From an uncultured Burkholderiales bacterium (GTDB taxonomy: Bacteria > Bacteroidota > Bacteroidia > UBA8524): a stretch of DNA of 64,000 bases. The stretch lies in NCBI GenBank assembly GCA_964620355.1, contig CAZUIT010000006.1, positions 53,280 through 117,279 on the forward strand, written 5' to 3'. The notes under the pieces are model-generated. The model was not told the origin of the DNA. It saw only the letters and a list, made by a program, of their open reading frames with translations, and did no database searches. Position 1 is the stretch's first letter; every line of letters begins with the position of its first letter. Shown here one piece after another: positions 28,160-37,955 of this stretch. The position numbers and the translations under genes are program-made.

Positions 28160-29042
28160 TGATTTGTTTCTTTTTAAAGCTCACCAAATATACGCCTGCA
28201 AATATGGTGAGGATATAGATAACTTTTAGTGTATTCAGCTCATCTTGTTTCCAAATAATCGCCAAAATTGTAGCTACCACGGGTTGCAAATAAATATAAG
28301 AGCCCACTAAGGTAGCACTTGCATGACCCAAAGCATAGGCATTCAGCAGGTAAGTTAAAAAGGTAGTGCCAAGCAGCACGAAAGCTATAATCCCCCATTC
28401 AACACTTCCATACAGCGACCAATCCACCGCTTTTAGTTCCTCCAAACCAAAGGGAAGCACGAAGAGAAAGCCAAACAAAAAGTTCCATTTACTCACCGTA
28501 ATTGGGCTGTACTTTCGCATGAGCTTACGCACATAAACCAAGTAAATCGCATAACTCAATGCATTAAAGATGATAAAAATATCACCCACAACTTTATCCG
28601 CCTCAAAACGTAAGCGCCAACCTCCAATTAGAAACAAGGCTCCCACAGCGGCCATCAATACACCAGAAACTTTCTGCCAGTGCAGACTTTCTTTATAGAT
28701 GATGGTCGATAAAACCAATACGAATACGGGAGTCACGAGCATCAATACCGACCCGTTAATTGGTGAGGTTATCGCGAGTCCCTTGAAAAACATCAACATA
28801 TTGGCAGCCACACCAAAAAAGGCACTAATGGCTAATGGAGCCAAATCTTTGCGCTCCACTTTTTCTTTCACAAAAAGGGTATGGACAATCAAAAAAAGCA
28901 CTGCTCCACTGAGAACCCGCAGCAGAATAAAGCCATAGGGTTCAATTAGGGAAGGCATGATAATCTTGGCCATTGAAAAGGTCGCCCCATAAATGAGACT
29001 CACTATTAGCAAGGATAAATGTACTTTTAGCGTATTGCTCAT
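28149..29042 (-). CDS. DMT/EamA family transporter
   Basis: About 10 TM segments in two EamA repeats; YIYLQPVVAT. ORF track start 29075; ATG 29042 is more likely. Confidence 0.88.
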   Translation of the reverse strand: MSNTLKVHLSLLIVSLIYGATFSMAKIIMPSLIEPYGFILLRVLSGAVLFLIVHTLFVKEKVERKDLAPLAISAFFGVAANMLMFFKGLAITSPINGSVLMLVTPVFVLVLSTIIYKESLHWQKVSGVLMAAVGALFLIGGWRLRFEADKVVGDIFIIFNALSYAIYLVYVRKLMRKYSPITVSKWNFLFGFLFVLPFGLEELKAVDWSLYGSVEWGIIAFVLLGTTFLTYLLNAYALGHASATLVGSYIYLQPVVATILAIIWKQDELNTLKVIYILTIFAGVYLVSFKKKQINGN

Positions 29043-29062
29043 TTCAGCCAAAATTGGAAGGT

Positions 29063-29089
29063 AAAAAGAAACCATCCGAAGGTGGCTTC
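29063..29089 (-). terminator. Intrinsic terminator after menB
   Basis: Minus strand GAAGCCAC-C-TTCG-G-ATGGTTTC then TTTTT. Confidence 0.6.
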
Positions 29090-29097
29090 AAATTTTG

Positions 29098-29922
29098 CTA
29101 TGGGAATTTCTGAAATTTGGTAAAATCCGGTTTCCGTTTCTCCAAAAATGAATTCTTTCCTTCTTTTGCCTCGTCGCTGAGGTAATAAAGTAAGGTCGAG
29201 TTTCCAGCTAATTCCTGAATTCCTGCCTGTCCGTCTAGTTCTGCATTGAATGCTGACTTGAGCATTCGAAGTGCAATCGGACTCTTATCCAAAATCTTCT
29301 CACACCAAGCAATTGTGGTCTCCTCTAATTTATCTAATGGTACAACTTTATTTACCAAGCCCATATCCAAGGCTTCTTGTGCATCGTATTGGTCGCAAAG
29401 GAACCAAATTTCACGGGCTTTCTTCTGACCAACAATACGTGCCAAATACGAAGCTCCAAAGCCACCATCAAAACTTCCCACCTTCGGTCCGGTTTGTCCA
29501 AAACGCGCATTGTCTGCCGCAATACTTAAATCGCAAATCACATGCAACACATGTCCGCCACCAATTGCCCAACCTGCAACCATTGCAATAACAGGTTTCG
29601 GGATGCGACGAATCTGCATCTGCAAGTCCAATACATTTAAACGAGGTACACCATCATCGCCTACATAGCCGCCGTGGCCCCGTACTGATTGGTCGCCTCC
29701 TGAACAAAAGGCTTTTCCACCTTCTCCTGTGAGAATTACCACACCAACTGCATCGTCTTGTCGTGCCATCTCCATGGCTTCACTCATTTCCTTTACCGTC
29801 AATGGGGTGAATGCATTATGCTTCTCTGGACGATTAATACTAATCTTCGCTATCCCTTTGTAAAAGCTGAATTTGATTTCTTCGAATTCTTTGATGGTTT
29901 CCCAAGCAAATTTAGATTCCAT
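29098..29922 (-). CDS. menB: 1,4-dihydroxy-2-naphthoyl-CoA synthase
   Basis: [44 protein letters not shown]. Confidence 0.97.
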   Translation of the reverse strand: MESKFAWETIKEFEEIKFSFYKGIAKISINRPEKHNAFTPLTVKEMSEAMEMARQDDAVGVVILTGEGGKAFCSGGDQSVRGHGGYVGDDGVPRLNVLDLQMQIRRIPKPVIAMVAGWAIGGGHVLHVICDLSIAADNARFGQTGPKVGSFDGGFGASYLARIVGQKKAREIWFLCDQYDAQEALDMGLVNKVVPLDKLEETTIAWCEKILDKSPIALRMLKSAFNAELDGQAGIQELAGNSTLLYYLSDEAKEGKNSFLEKRKPDFTKFQKFP

Positions 29923-31528
29923 TAAAAAGTGATTTAAACTGGTTAAAAAACAATTGATTCTGTTCTGAATCCGTATGTATTTCTAAAACAGCTGCTCCCT
30001 CACAATTGTTCAAGGCATCCATTCCAACATACAGTTCAGAAATATTGGTAGCGCGAAAGTAATTCACGCCAAGGTTTTTACATAAATCTTTCGCATCCCG
30101 ATTGTGTGCTGATTCAAAATAAACCTGCCGCTCAGGTTGCTGGGCCGGCCCCTCTATCATGCGGAAGATTCCTCCTCCTTTATTATTTATTAATATGACT
30201 TTCAGGTTCTCGGCATTCAAGCTATTCCAAAAGGCATTGCTATCATAAAAAAAGGCCACATCACCAATAAAGAGGTAATTCTTACTCTTATCCATAGACT
30301 GAAAACCGAGTGCGGTAGACACACAACCATCAATTCCACTGGTCCCTCTATTTGAATACAATGCATGTCCTAATTTCTGTGGCTCACAATACGCCACATA
30401 CCGAATCGCCATACTATTAGCAGCATGAATATTCACTTTGCTTGGTAGCTTTCGGATACAAATAGAAATAGCAATAAATTCATTCCATGTTATTTGACTC
30501 AATACCTCATTTCGGGCCACTCGGCAAAGACTGCTCGCCTCCAAAAGGTGTGCAACATAACCTTGATCCACCTTGGCCATCATCTTCGAAAGGTATCCCG
30601 ACAATGAGCCTCTGACCAATATAGGCTTGGATTCAAAGGGATCTGCAAATTCGCCCATTTCGGAAAAATGAAAATGCATGTCGGGCTTATGATTTCGTAA
30701 AAACTGTTTGATGGGCTTGGATAAAATCGCAGTTCCTTCTGAGAGCACTATCTCTGGCCGAAAGCTTTTAAGTTTCTCTTTATCCATGCTCATAAAAAGC
30801 AATTCTGAAACGGTGTCCTTCGAATCTCCCTGACTCAAGGGATCTTCATAAACAGCGATTCCCTCCGGCAAAAAGCCAGGAAATTCGGGATTCATTCCAC
30901 GAAGAATTAATACCCGCTTTCCTTCAAGTATGGATGAATCAAAGTCAGTGTCTTTTGTTTCAATCCTTGCATTTTCTGCTGGCTTCCATTTCGCGGCATA
31001 AACATGATCAGCCGATGGATAGAATGGCTCTTTTAATGGTATATTGACATGAACAGGGCCAGAAAGGCTTTCTACTGATTTCAAAATTGCCTCTTCGGTT
31101 ATTCGTCCGAATGGCCTTGCATCCTGGTAAGTTTCTGGTGTTTGCCAAAAGCCCAAAACATGACTCCGAAAAATATTCTCCTGACGTATTGTTTGACCAT
31201 CCCATTGATCAATCAAAGAACTCGGACGATCTGCCGTAATCACTAACAGCGGTACTTTTTGATAGTATGCCTCAAGTACTGCCGGATAAAAATTTGCTAC
31301 CGCTGAGCCTGATGTGCATAATAAGACCACTGGTTTTTTCAGCGCGATAGATTTTCCCAAAGCAATAAATCCTGCTGACCGCTCATCTGCAACAGATAAA
31401 CAATTGAATAGGCCAGAACGCACAAATGCAATTGTTAAAGGTGCATTTCTTGAACCCGGACAAATCACGGCTTCTTTTATTCCATGTGCATGGCAGGCTG
31501 CGGCTATATGGTCGATGGAATTTTGCAA
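29912..31528 (-). CDS. menD: SEPHCHC synthase
   Basis: [51 protein letters not shown] track start 31537 lies inside the -7 box, so TTG 31528 is preferred. Confidence 0.93.
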   Translation of the reverse strand: MQNSIDHIAAACHAHGIKEAVICPGSRNAPLTIAFVRSGLFNCLSVADERSAGFIALGKSIALKKPVVLLCTSGSAVANFYPAVLEAYYQKVPLLVITADRPSSLIDQWDGQTIRQENIFRSHVLGFWQTPETYQDARPFGRITEEAILKSVESLSGPVHVNIPLKEPFYPSADHVYAAKWKPAENARIETKDTDFDSSILEGKRVLILRGMNPEFPGFLPEGIAVYEDPLSQGDSKDTVSELLFMSMDKEKLKSFRPEIVLSEGTAILSKPIKQFLRNHKPDMHFHFSEMGEFADPFESKPILVRGSLSGYLSKMMAKVDQGYVAHLLEASSLCRVARNEVLSQITWNEFIAISICIRKLPSKVNIHAANSMAIRYVAYCEPQKLGHALYSNRGTSGIDGCVSTALGFQSMDKSKNYLFIGDVAFFYDSNAFWNSLNAENLKVILINNKGGGIFRMIEGPAQQPERQVYFESAHNRDAKDLCKNLGVNYFRATNISELYVGMDALNNCEGAAVLEIHTDSEQNQLFFNQFKSLFNGI

Positions 31529-31534
31529 GTGGAA

Positions 31535-31542
31535 CAAAGGTA
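31535..31542 (-). promoter_or_regulatory. -7 box upstream of menD
   Basis: Minus strand TACCTTTG. Confidence 0.6.
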
Positions 31543-31564
31543 GTTTATGCCATCAAAAATAAAA

Positions 31565-31581
31565 TTGGCACGCACCTTGAA
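31565..31581 (+). promoter_or_regulatory. Sigma54-like -24/-12 promoter (candidate)
   Basis: TTGGCACGCACCTTGAA versus consensus YTGGCACGNNNNTTGCW; -12 C replaced by A. Confidence 0.45.
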
Positions 31582-31606
31582 TTAATAACCTCACACACAC
31601 TACGCT

Positions 31607-32491
31607 ATGAAAAATATCCTTACTCTCTTTATTGCATATTTGCTCCAAAGCGGAGCGAGCTTTGCACAGCCTTATATCGGCATGGGCTATATTGGCTCAG
31701 CCTCTTTAAATGAATTTTGTGATTCTTCATACCGTAATGGATATGGATTCAATCTAGAATTCTTTTCAAATAATATTTTACGAAAATCAATCAATCCTAA
31801 TGCCTTTGACCTTCGATTTGGTGGAGGCATGGATTTTCAGGGTGCAGGAAATGAAAAACGTTCGATCATACTTAATACCTCAAATAATGATCCTGGTACA
31901 GAAAAATACAGCAATACTCATTTAGGCTTCCGAGGCACCATGCGCATGACCTTTCTAGGAGAGCAAAAATTTAGTCCATATATAGATGGTTTTGTGGGAC
32001 TGAGGGGTTTTTATACCCACCGTTCATTAAGTATTGATAAAGAAAATCCTGAATACGAAACCAATACCTCTGAGCAAACATTAGGAAAGTGGACTACTCG
32101 ATATGGAGCATCTATTGGGGCAATGTATAGACTAAATAGGACCATCAGCATCGATACCCGAATTACCTATTCAGCTGGAAGCAATGCCGATTGGATTAAT
32201 CTGAACAGCGTGGTGAGAGAAGACAATACCGTTTCTTACAGAACATCGAACTCATACACCGACTTGTTCATGTATAATTTTGGCTTCGTATTTCGGATAG
32301 ACCCAAAAATGAGAACCCAATCAAGCACGAGTCCTTCTAGCACTCCTTCCCAAAACACAGTGACACCAAAACCTAAGAAGAAGAAAAAAAGCGTTACAGT
32401 GACTCCAAATACTCCTACCCCGGCACCGAAGAAACCCTTGGAAGTAAAACCTACACCAAAGCCAACTCCAAAACCGACACCAGAAAATTAA
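31607..32491 (+). CDS. Exported protein, probable outer-membrane beta-barrel with a Pro/Thr/Lys/Ser-rich C-terminal tail
   Basis: Signal peptide; alternating strands (GYGFNLEFF, FSPYIDGFVGLRGFY, YNFGFVFRI); last ~60 aa low complexity with PKPT repeats. Confidence 0.55.
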   Translation: MKNILTLFIAYLLQSGASFAQPYIGMGYIGSASLNEFCDSSYRNGYGFNLEFFSNNILRKSINPNAFDLRFGGGMDFQGAGNEKRSIILNTSNNDPGTEKYSNTHLGFRGTMRMTFLGEQKFSPYIDGFVGLRGFYTHRSLSIDKENPEYETNTSEQTLGKWTTRYGASIGAMYRLNRTISIDTRITYSAGSNADWINLNSVVREDNTVSYRTSNSYTDLFMYNFGFVFRIDPKMRTQSSTSPSSTPSQNTVTPKPKKKKKSVTVTPNTPTPAPKKPLEVKPTPKPTPKPTPEN

Positions 32492-32517
32492 AGACCGATA
32501 AGCACGCGTAGAGCGAT

Positions 32518-32552
32518 AAAAAACTCCCAACCGAAAGGAAGGGAGTTTTTTT
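32518..32552. terminator. Bidirectional intrinsic terminator
   Basis: AAAAAACTCCC-AA-CC-GAAA-GG-AA-GGGAGTTTTTTT between convergent genes. Confidence 0.8.
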
Positions 32553-32568
32553 GTGCTAATGGTTCATA

Positions 32569-35070
32569 TTAAAATGTAAAACTTAGCTGGGCCAAGAAAT
32601 TCATGCCCGCCTGTGGAAATAGATAATTAAAATCTAAGCGCTCGGCTCCGAGAATAAATCCATACGAATAACCATTTGGTTCATACTTCGCATTGAGAAT
32701 ATTTGCAGCCAAAACCGAAAGCCGCACCTCTTTAGTGGCATTGAGCTTCTTGCTTGCCAGATTCAAGCGAAGGTCATTTACCCAAAATGCGTCCAAGCTG
32801 CGTGACTCGCTTTGGGTATTATCCAAGTATTGACGCCCAACGTATTTACTCATCCAATCGACGCTAACTGATTTGGAAACCACAAAGCGTAGCATAGAAC
32901 TCGCCACAAGATTAGGAGAAAAAGCCAAGTCAGTATTTTGATGCTGGATTTCTTGCTGTCCGAGGTACGACCAATTCGCATCGTATTCATCCAAGTACTC
33001 AGTAAAGTTCTTCACCTTATTCTGGCTTAAAGCCAGGGTAGCATTCCATTGCAGCCAGCTAAATATATTTCGAGAATATTCTACTTCCACGCCTGCACGG
33101 AAACTTTCGTCGACATTGGTTCGGGTATATGCACCCACGTCGTTTATCTTTCCAGTTAAAGTTAGCTGATCTTTATAGAACATCCCATAGGCAGCAATTT
33201 GAAGACGCTGAGATTTATTCTGCCAATTCCATCCCAACTCGATATCATTCAATACCTCAGGTTTTGGACGCGTTTCTGGCGTGCTTTGGGTAAAATCATT
33301 CCTCACAGGCTCTCGATTCGCCCGACTAAATGTTCCATAAATCTGACTTTTCGAATTCAGCACGTATTGTAAACCGGCTTTCGGGTTGATGAATGGATAA
33401 CTTACTTCTTGGGTAACATTCTCACCAAGATTATTGAAGCCGAAGAAGGAATAGTCTATCTGACGGTATTGAATATCTCCAAAAACTGAAAGCCGTGTTG
33501 TGAGCGAATAAGATCCTTTAACGTATACATTGAAGTCGGCTTTTCGTGCATCATTATCATAATACCGGTGACGTATCGCTCCGTTGGATGCATATTGGGC
33601 CCAAATAATTTCTCCATAATGTTTGCCTTGGTATACATTGTACCCACCGCCCACGAGTAGATTCAATTTATCCTTGGCATAATTCAAAGAATACACCATG
33701 CCGCTAAAAGTATTATCTAGCCATCTTCGGCGAATCAAATCTGTAGAGCTCAAAGTATCTCCACCAATAGCGACATCCTGAAGCCCATAATCAGCAAAGT
33801 CTTCACCGCTTCGGAATTGCTCATAATAGCCTTGGCCTAAGGTGGTATGCAAGGAAATATTACCCGATAAATTCCGATTAAATTGATACGAATAATGAAC
33901 ATGCACATGCTGTTGTTCATAATGGTCTACCTCATTATCATAAGTATAGCCATTAAATGTTCTATCGCCAGAATTCGCCAATAAGGTAGAATCATCTCCT
34001 GCGATATAGTAGTATTTCTCAAGCCCCTTAGCATCTCCTTTTACCTTAGCGTCTGGTATTCCATTCCACGCTTGGTAGGTGATTTCCTTTCCTCCAAAAA
34101 CATTGACCTTAAACACACTTTTCTCCCCATAACGGGCACCTGACAAATAGTATGAGGTAAGGTCAGAACTCGAACGATCAATGAATCCATCCGACTTAAT
34201 TTGCGATATCCGCCCTTCAAAAGACCAGTTGTTCTTTAAAAGACCTGTTCCAAAAAGCACATTTACCTTTTGTGTATTCAAACTCCAGCCCGGTCCATAA
34301 GGCTCATTCGACCAGTTGTTCTGCAATATTCCTAGTCCGAGATTGACTTCTGCATAGGGGTCTTTCTGTACAGCATTGGTTTGCAAATTGATGGTTGCCC
34401 CAAAAGCTGCGGCTCCATTGGTGGAAGTTCCCACCCCACGTTGTACTTGAATGTTCTGCACCGAGCTGGCAAAATCGGGCATATTCACCCAAAATACACC
34501 TTGTGATTCCGCATCGTTCACTGGAATTCCATTGATCGTTACGTTGATCCGAGTTGGGTCTACCCCGCGAATCCGAATTCCAGTATACCCAATACCCGCT
34601 CCTGCATCAGAGTTCACCACTGCACCTGGAATTTGATTGAGTAAAAAAGGAAGATCCTGGCCAAGGTTACTTTGTTCAATCTCCTTCTTTGAAATGTTGG
34701 AATGTGTTCCGGGTAAATCCTTGCCCATCCGAGTAGATTTTACCATCGCCTCATCGCTCACGTTTACGATAGACTCGAGCTCAAACACCAACCCAGCAAG
34801 GCTGTCGCTATGCAAATTTACTGTTCGGTTTTCGTAAGCAATATGGGAGATACTGACGACCAAGTTGGTTTTGCTTGGACTTTGCAGCTGAAAATAACCT
34901 CTCTTGTCGCTGCTGACACTGCCGATAAATTTATCGCCAGCAAAGAGGGTAACATAGGCATCTTCAATTCCCTCGCCTGAGGAAGATTGAATCAGTCGGC
35001 CATCAACATCGTGTTGTGACCAGGCATGAAGAGTTATCAAACTCATCAAAGCCAAAAATGATAAACGCAT
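32569..35070 (-). CDS. TonB-dependent receptor, probably for thiamine
   Basis: Signal peptide, N-terminal carboxypeptidase-regulatory-like domain, plug GIRIRGVDPTRINVTINGIPVND, terminal Phe; preceded by a TPP riboswitch. Confidence 0.88.
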   Translation of the reverse strand: MRLSFLALMSLITLHAWSQHDVDGRLIQSSSGEGIEDAYVTLFAGDKFIGSVSSDKRGYFQLQSPSKTNLVVSISHIAYENRTVNLHSDSLAGLVFELESIVNVSDEAMVKSTRMGKDLPGTHSNISKKEIEQSNLGQDLPFLLNQIPGAVVNSDAGAGIGYTGIRIRGVDPTRINVTINGIPVNDAESQGVFWVNMPDFASSVQNIQVQRGVGTSTNGAAAFGATINLQTNAVQKDPYAEVNLGLGILQNNWSNEPYGPGWSLNTQKVNVLFGTGLLKNNWSFEGRISQIKSDGFIDRSSSDLTSYYLSGARYGEKSVFKVNVFGGKEITYQAWNGIPDAKVKGDAKGLEKYYYIAGDDSTLLANSGDRTFNGYTYDNEVDHYEQQHVHVHYSYQFNRNLSGNISLHTTLGQGYYEQFRSGEDFADYGLQDVAIGGDTLSSTDLIRRRWLDNTFSGMVYSLNYAKDKLNLLVGGGYNVYQGKHYGEIIWAQYASNGAIRHRYYDNDARKADFNVYVKGSYSLTTRLSVFGDIQYRQIDYSFFGFNNLGENVTQEVSYPFINPKAGLQYVLNSKSQIYGTFSRANREPVRNDFTQSTPETRPKPEVLNDIELGWNWQNKSQRLQIAAYGMFYKDQLTLTGKINDVGAYTRTNVDESFRAGVEVEYSRNIFSWLQWNATLALSQNKVKNFTEYLDEYDANWSYLGQQEIQHQNTDLAFSPNLVASSMLRFVVSKSVSVDWMSKYVGRQYLDNTQSESRSLDAFWVNDLRLNLASKKLNATKEVRLSVLAANILNAKYEPNGYSYGFILGAERLDFNYLFPQAGMNFLAQLSFTF

Positions 35071-35091
35071 AAATCTTAGATATTAAGGTAT

Positions 35092-35122
35092 AACAAAGTG
35101 CGCTACAGGGGTTGTAGCCCAC
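35092..35122 (-). terminator. Riboswitch expression-platform terminator
   Basis: Minus strand GTG-G-GCTACA-ACCCC-TGTAGC-G-CAC then TTTGTT, between the aptamer and the ATG. Confidence 0.7.
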
Positions 35123-35137
35123 AAAAACATGTTAACC

Positions 35138-35240
35138 CATCCTTTTCCCTTCGCAGGCATTATCCTGATCAGGTATCGACAGCCGAAACTATCAAGGGTA
35201 TCATCTCAGCCGAAACGTATGTTCCAGCACCCCTAAGATG
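35138..35240 (-). ncRNA. TPP (THI-box) riboswitch
   Basis: Minus strand AGGGGTGC...GGCTGAGA...ATACCC...ACCTGATCAGGATAATGCCTGCGAAGGGAA; P1 CATCTT/AGGATG. Confidence 0.95.
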
Positions 35241-35327
35241 CCGCAAATAAAGGCGATTTTAACAAGAACGCGAAATTTCCAATGGGTTTTAAGTTTCGGG
35301 TTACAGGTTAGGGCATTTAATCTTGTG

Positions 35328-36809
35328 TTAACTCGATGTGATTAAGTCGCTTACTATTTTGGCAGACGACATGACCAAGGGAATTCCACCTCCTGGATGA
35401 ACTGAGCCGCCGCAGAAATAAAGGCCTTTTATTGAGCGACTGAAATTGGGATGACGAAGAAAAGCAGCAAATCGATTATTGCTTGAAGTTCCATATAAGG
35501 AGCCACGATAACTCGACGTTTTCCTTTCAATGTCTTGTGGCGTTAAAACTGCTTCATCAAGAATTAATGGACCAATATCTTTCCCCAATCGAGCTCCCAG
35601 TTTGATTATGATTTTATCCCGCAATACTTTACGAATCACCGTCCAATCCTGTCCAATATGCTGTGGTGCATTGACCATGACAAACCAATTTTCCTTTCCT
35701 GTTGGTGCGTGCTCTTTGCAAACTTTGGAGGAGATATGAATATAAATGCTCGGGTCTTGTCCTAGTTCATTTCGTTCAAACAATGCAGCAAATTCTGCAG
35801 GGTAATCTGTTGTAAAAAAGATATTATGGACGTCCAACTCAGGAAATTCTGCATCCATCGCCCAATAAAAAATAAAGGCAGAAGAGGAACGCTCTTGAGC
35901 AAGGGTCTTTTCTGGCGCCTTGACTAGAGGCATTAATTCGCGGAAGCTTGGCCAGATATCGGCATTGGTAATCACTGTATTAGAGAGGGTCTTTTCTGTT
36001 CCAATACGTATTCCATTCACCAAATTTTTCTCAACTAAGATTTCATCTACTTTCTGACCGAAATGATACTGTACACCCAAATCTAAGCCCAACTGATAAA
36101 GGGCCTTTGGAATGGCATAAACCCCTCCATCTGGCATAAAAGCACCTAGCCCAAATTCAAGGTGAGGAATAACATTTAAGGTTCCAGGAGCTGCGTAAGG
36201 ATTTGATCCATTGTATGTAGCATAGCGGCAAAATAGTTGAATCAAATGTTCGTCTTTCAAATAGCGACGAATTGCTTTATCCATCGTTTGAAAAGCATCC
36301 AACTCTCCAAAGCCGACAATTCCTCGAACCGTTTCTTTGGATAGATAGCTTTTTACTTTGTGCAGTGATTTTCTCAAAAATACTTCTTCCGTCAACTCAT
36401 GAATTCGCTCAGAATGATGTAAGAATTTTAGAATGGACTCTTTACTATCGCTACATATAACCGAAGCATCTTTAGCAAATTGTTCGCGGTCAGCATTCGC
36501 GATGAGTCGAAAACCATCGGCATAAAAATAATGACAAAGCGTATCGAGTTGAGAATAAGCATAGTATTCACGAGGATTTTTTCCAGCCGCTAGAAAAACC
36601 TCATCAACATACTGCGGCATCGTGAAAAGACTTGGACCGGCATCAAAAATGAATTCACCAAGTTTGGTCTGAGATGCTTTTCCCCCGAAATAGTCATTTT
36701 GCTCATATACCTCCACATGCTTACCCTTGGCTGCAAGTCGGGCGGCCAGGGCCAAACCAGAAAGTCCGGCACCTACAATCAAGCATTTATTTTCGGGTAA
36801 ATCGGGCAT
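35328..36809 (-). CDS. crtD: Phytoene desaturase family; 1-hydroxycarotenoid 3,4-desaturase-like
   Basis: IVGAGLSG FAD motif, FDAGPSLFTMP, RYATYNGSNP, AFLRHPNFS, GGSVHPGGGIP; second desaturase of a Bacteroidota crt cluster. Confidence 0.8.
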   Translation of the reverse strand: MPDLPENKCLIVGAGLSGLALAARLAAKGKHVEVYEQNDYFGGKASQTKLGEFIFDAGPSLFTMPQYVDEVFLAAGKNPREYYAYSQLDTLCHYFYADGFRLIANADREQFAKDASVICSDSKESILKFLHHSERIHELTEEVFLRKSLHKVKSYLSKETVRGIVGFGELDAFQTMDKAIRRYLKDEHLIQLFCRYATYNGSNPYAAPGTLNVIPHLEFGLGAFMPDGGVYAIPKALYQLGLDLGVQYHFGQKVDEILVEKNLVNGIRIGTEKTLSNTVITNADIWPSFRELMPLVKAPEKTLAQERSSSAFIFYWAMDAEFPELDVHNIFFTTDYPAEFAALFERNELGQDPSIYIHISSKVCKEHAPTGKENWFVMVNAPQHIGQDWTVIRKVLRDKIIIKLGARLGKDIGPLILDEAVLTPQDIERKTSSYRGSLYGTSSNNRFAAFLRHPNFSRSIKGLYFCGGSVHPGGGIPLVMSSAKIVSDLITSS

Positions 36810-37452
36810 ACATTCCGAGAGGGATCAATAACATTCCCATATTATAGATTAGATCATCCGCAGGAATTGAGAAAATACGAATTCCCAAGTTCTCCGCATC
36901 ATCATACCATACAACGGGCAAGCTGGTGAGTATCCCATTGAAAATAAGAAAAGGGATGCTAATAACCAGGAAAGTCATAAAAAATCGCCCTAAGAAATGA
37001 TGCTTCCCGCTGATCAATACAACCAGCAACATAAAGCTGAGATAAAGCGTAGCTACAGCCGTATAGAGGTGATCATCATGCACGAAATACAGGACTAAGC
37101 ATAGCAGCACAATTCCCCAAGCTATTGACTTTCTTGGGCGGTACAAAATATCTTTCGGGAAATAAGCCTCCAAACAGGCATAGATAAAAATTGCGGCATA
37201 GGGCACAACAAGAAAGAATAGGTACTCTTCTAAAGGCAGATGAAACCAACTGATGCCGAGTAAATAATCTGCATTAAAGCCCCACACTTCAAGGCCTGTA
37301 AATGCGCTATCCCAAGGAAGGAATATGACAAGATTCAATAAAATGCCTTGCCAAATATATTTCCACTTGGTATGGAAGGCCACCTTTTTATCAAAAGATA
37401 ATGCAAGTGGAAAGGCTAATATGGCTAAATCGACTAGTAAATACGTGTACAT
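36787..37452 (-). CDS. crtY: Membrane lycopene cyclase (fused CrtYc/Yd-type, two lycopene-cyclase repeats)
   Basis: PWD...GVWGFN...LPLEEYLFF in repeat 1; NGILT...VVWY...IPADDLIY in repeat 2. Confidence 0.8.
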   Translation of the reverse strand: MYTYLLVDLAILAFPLALSFDKKVAFHTKWKYIWQGILLNLVIFLPWDSAFTGLEVWGFNADYLLGISWFHLPLEEYLFFLVVPYAAIFIYACLEAYFPKDILYRPRKSIAWGIVLLCLVLYFVHDDHLYTAVATLYLSFMLLVVLISGKHHFLGRFFMTFLVISIPFLIFNGILTSLPVVWYDDAENLGIRIFSIPADDLIYNMGMLLIPLGMYARFTRK

Positions 37453-37955
37453 TAGTTCACCATTTCCTCAAGGCTGGTTTTTTTCTCGGGACTAAGTTGC
37501 GCATTTTTCAGCATATACTGAATCACTTCCGAGCGAACATGTGGTTCTAGAGCATCCTTCTTTTCGAGTAGCGCGTTAAGAATGCGCGTTTCATCCTGGG
37601 CAATATGTTTCCTGTATGGTAAAAATGAAGGGAGATTTTTTTCAATAGAATATCGCAAGTAACGAATCTCGATATTTCCTGATGCGACAATCACCGCATC
37701 ATCCAACATGGCAGATCCTTTTTTAACGCTTTCCAGTTTCGAATATGGATTGACCTGATACTGGGCGAACAATGCATGGGTCGCACCCTTATAGGCGAAT
37801 TTCAGGGGCTCGTCTTCTGTTATATATTTTAATTCATCCAAAAGCTTCGTTGTCTCTTCTCTTGAATAGATGGCTGCTTTGAAAGCCTTTCTAATGGACG
37901 ATATATCCGATTGGATGACATTCAATACCAAAATAAGACTGAATACTTGAATCAT
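37452..37955 (-). CDS. Hypothetical helical protein within the crt operon
   Basis: Overlaps both neighbours; hydrophobic N-terminus; NIEIRYLRYSIEKNLPSFLPY. Confidence 0.7.
   Translation of the reverse strand: MIQVFSLILVLNVIQSDISSIRKAFKAAIYSREETTKLLDELKYITEDEPLKFAYKGATHALFAQYQVNPYSKLESVKKGSAMLDDAVIVASGNIEIRYLRYSIEKNLPSFLPYRKHIAQDETRILNALLEKKDALEPHVRSEVIQYMLKNAQLSPEKKTSLEEMVN

Noticed and set aside
29098-31537. menD-menB without other men genes
   Set aside because: Dispersed men genes are common in Bacteroidota; nothing unusual is visible.
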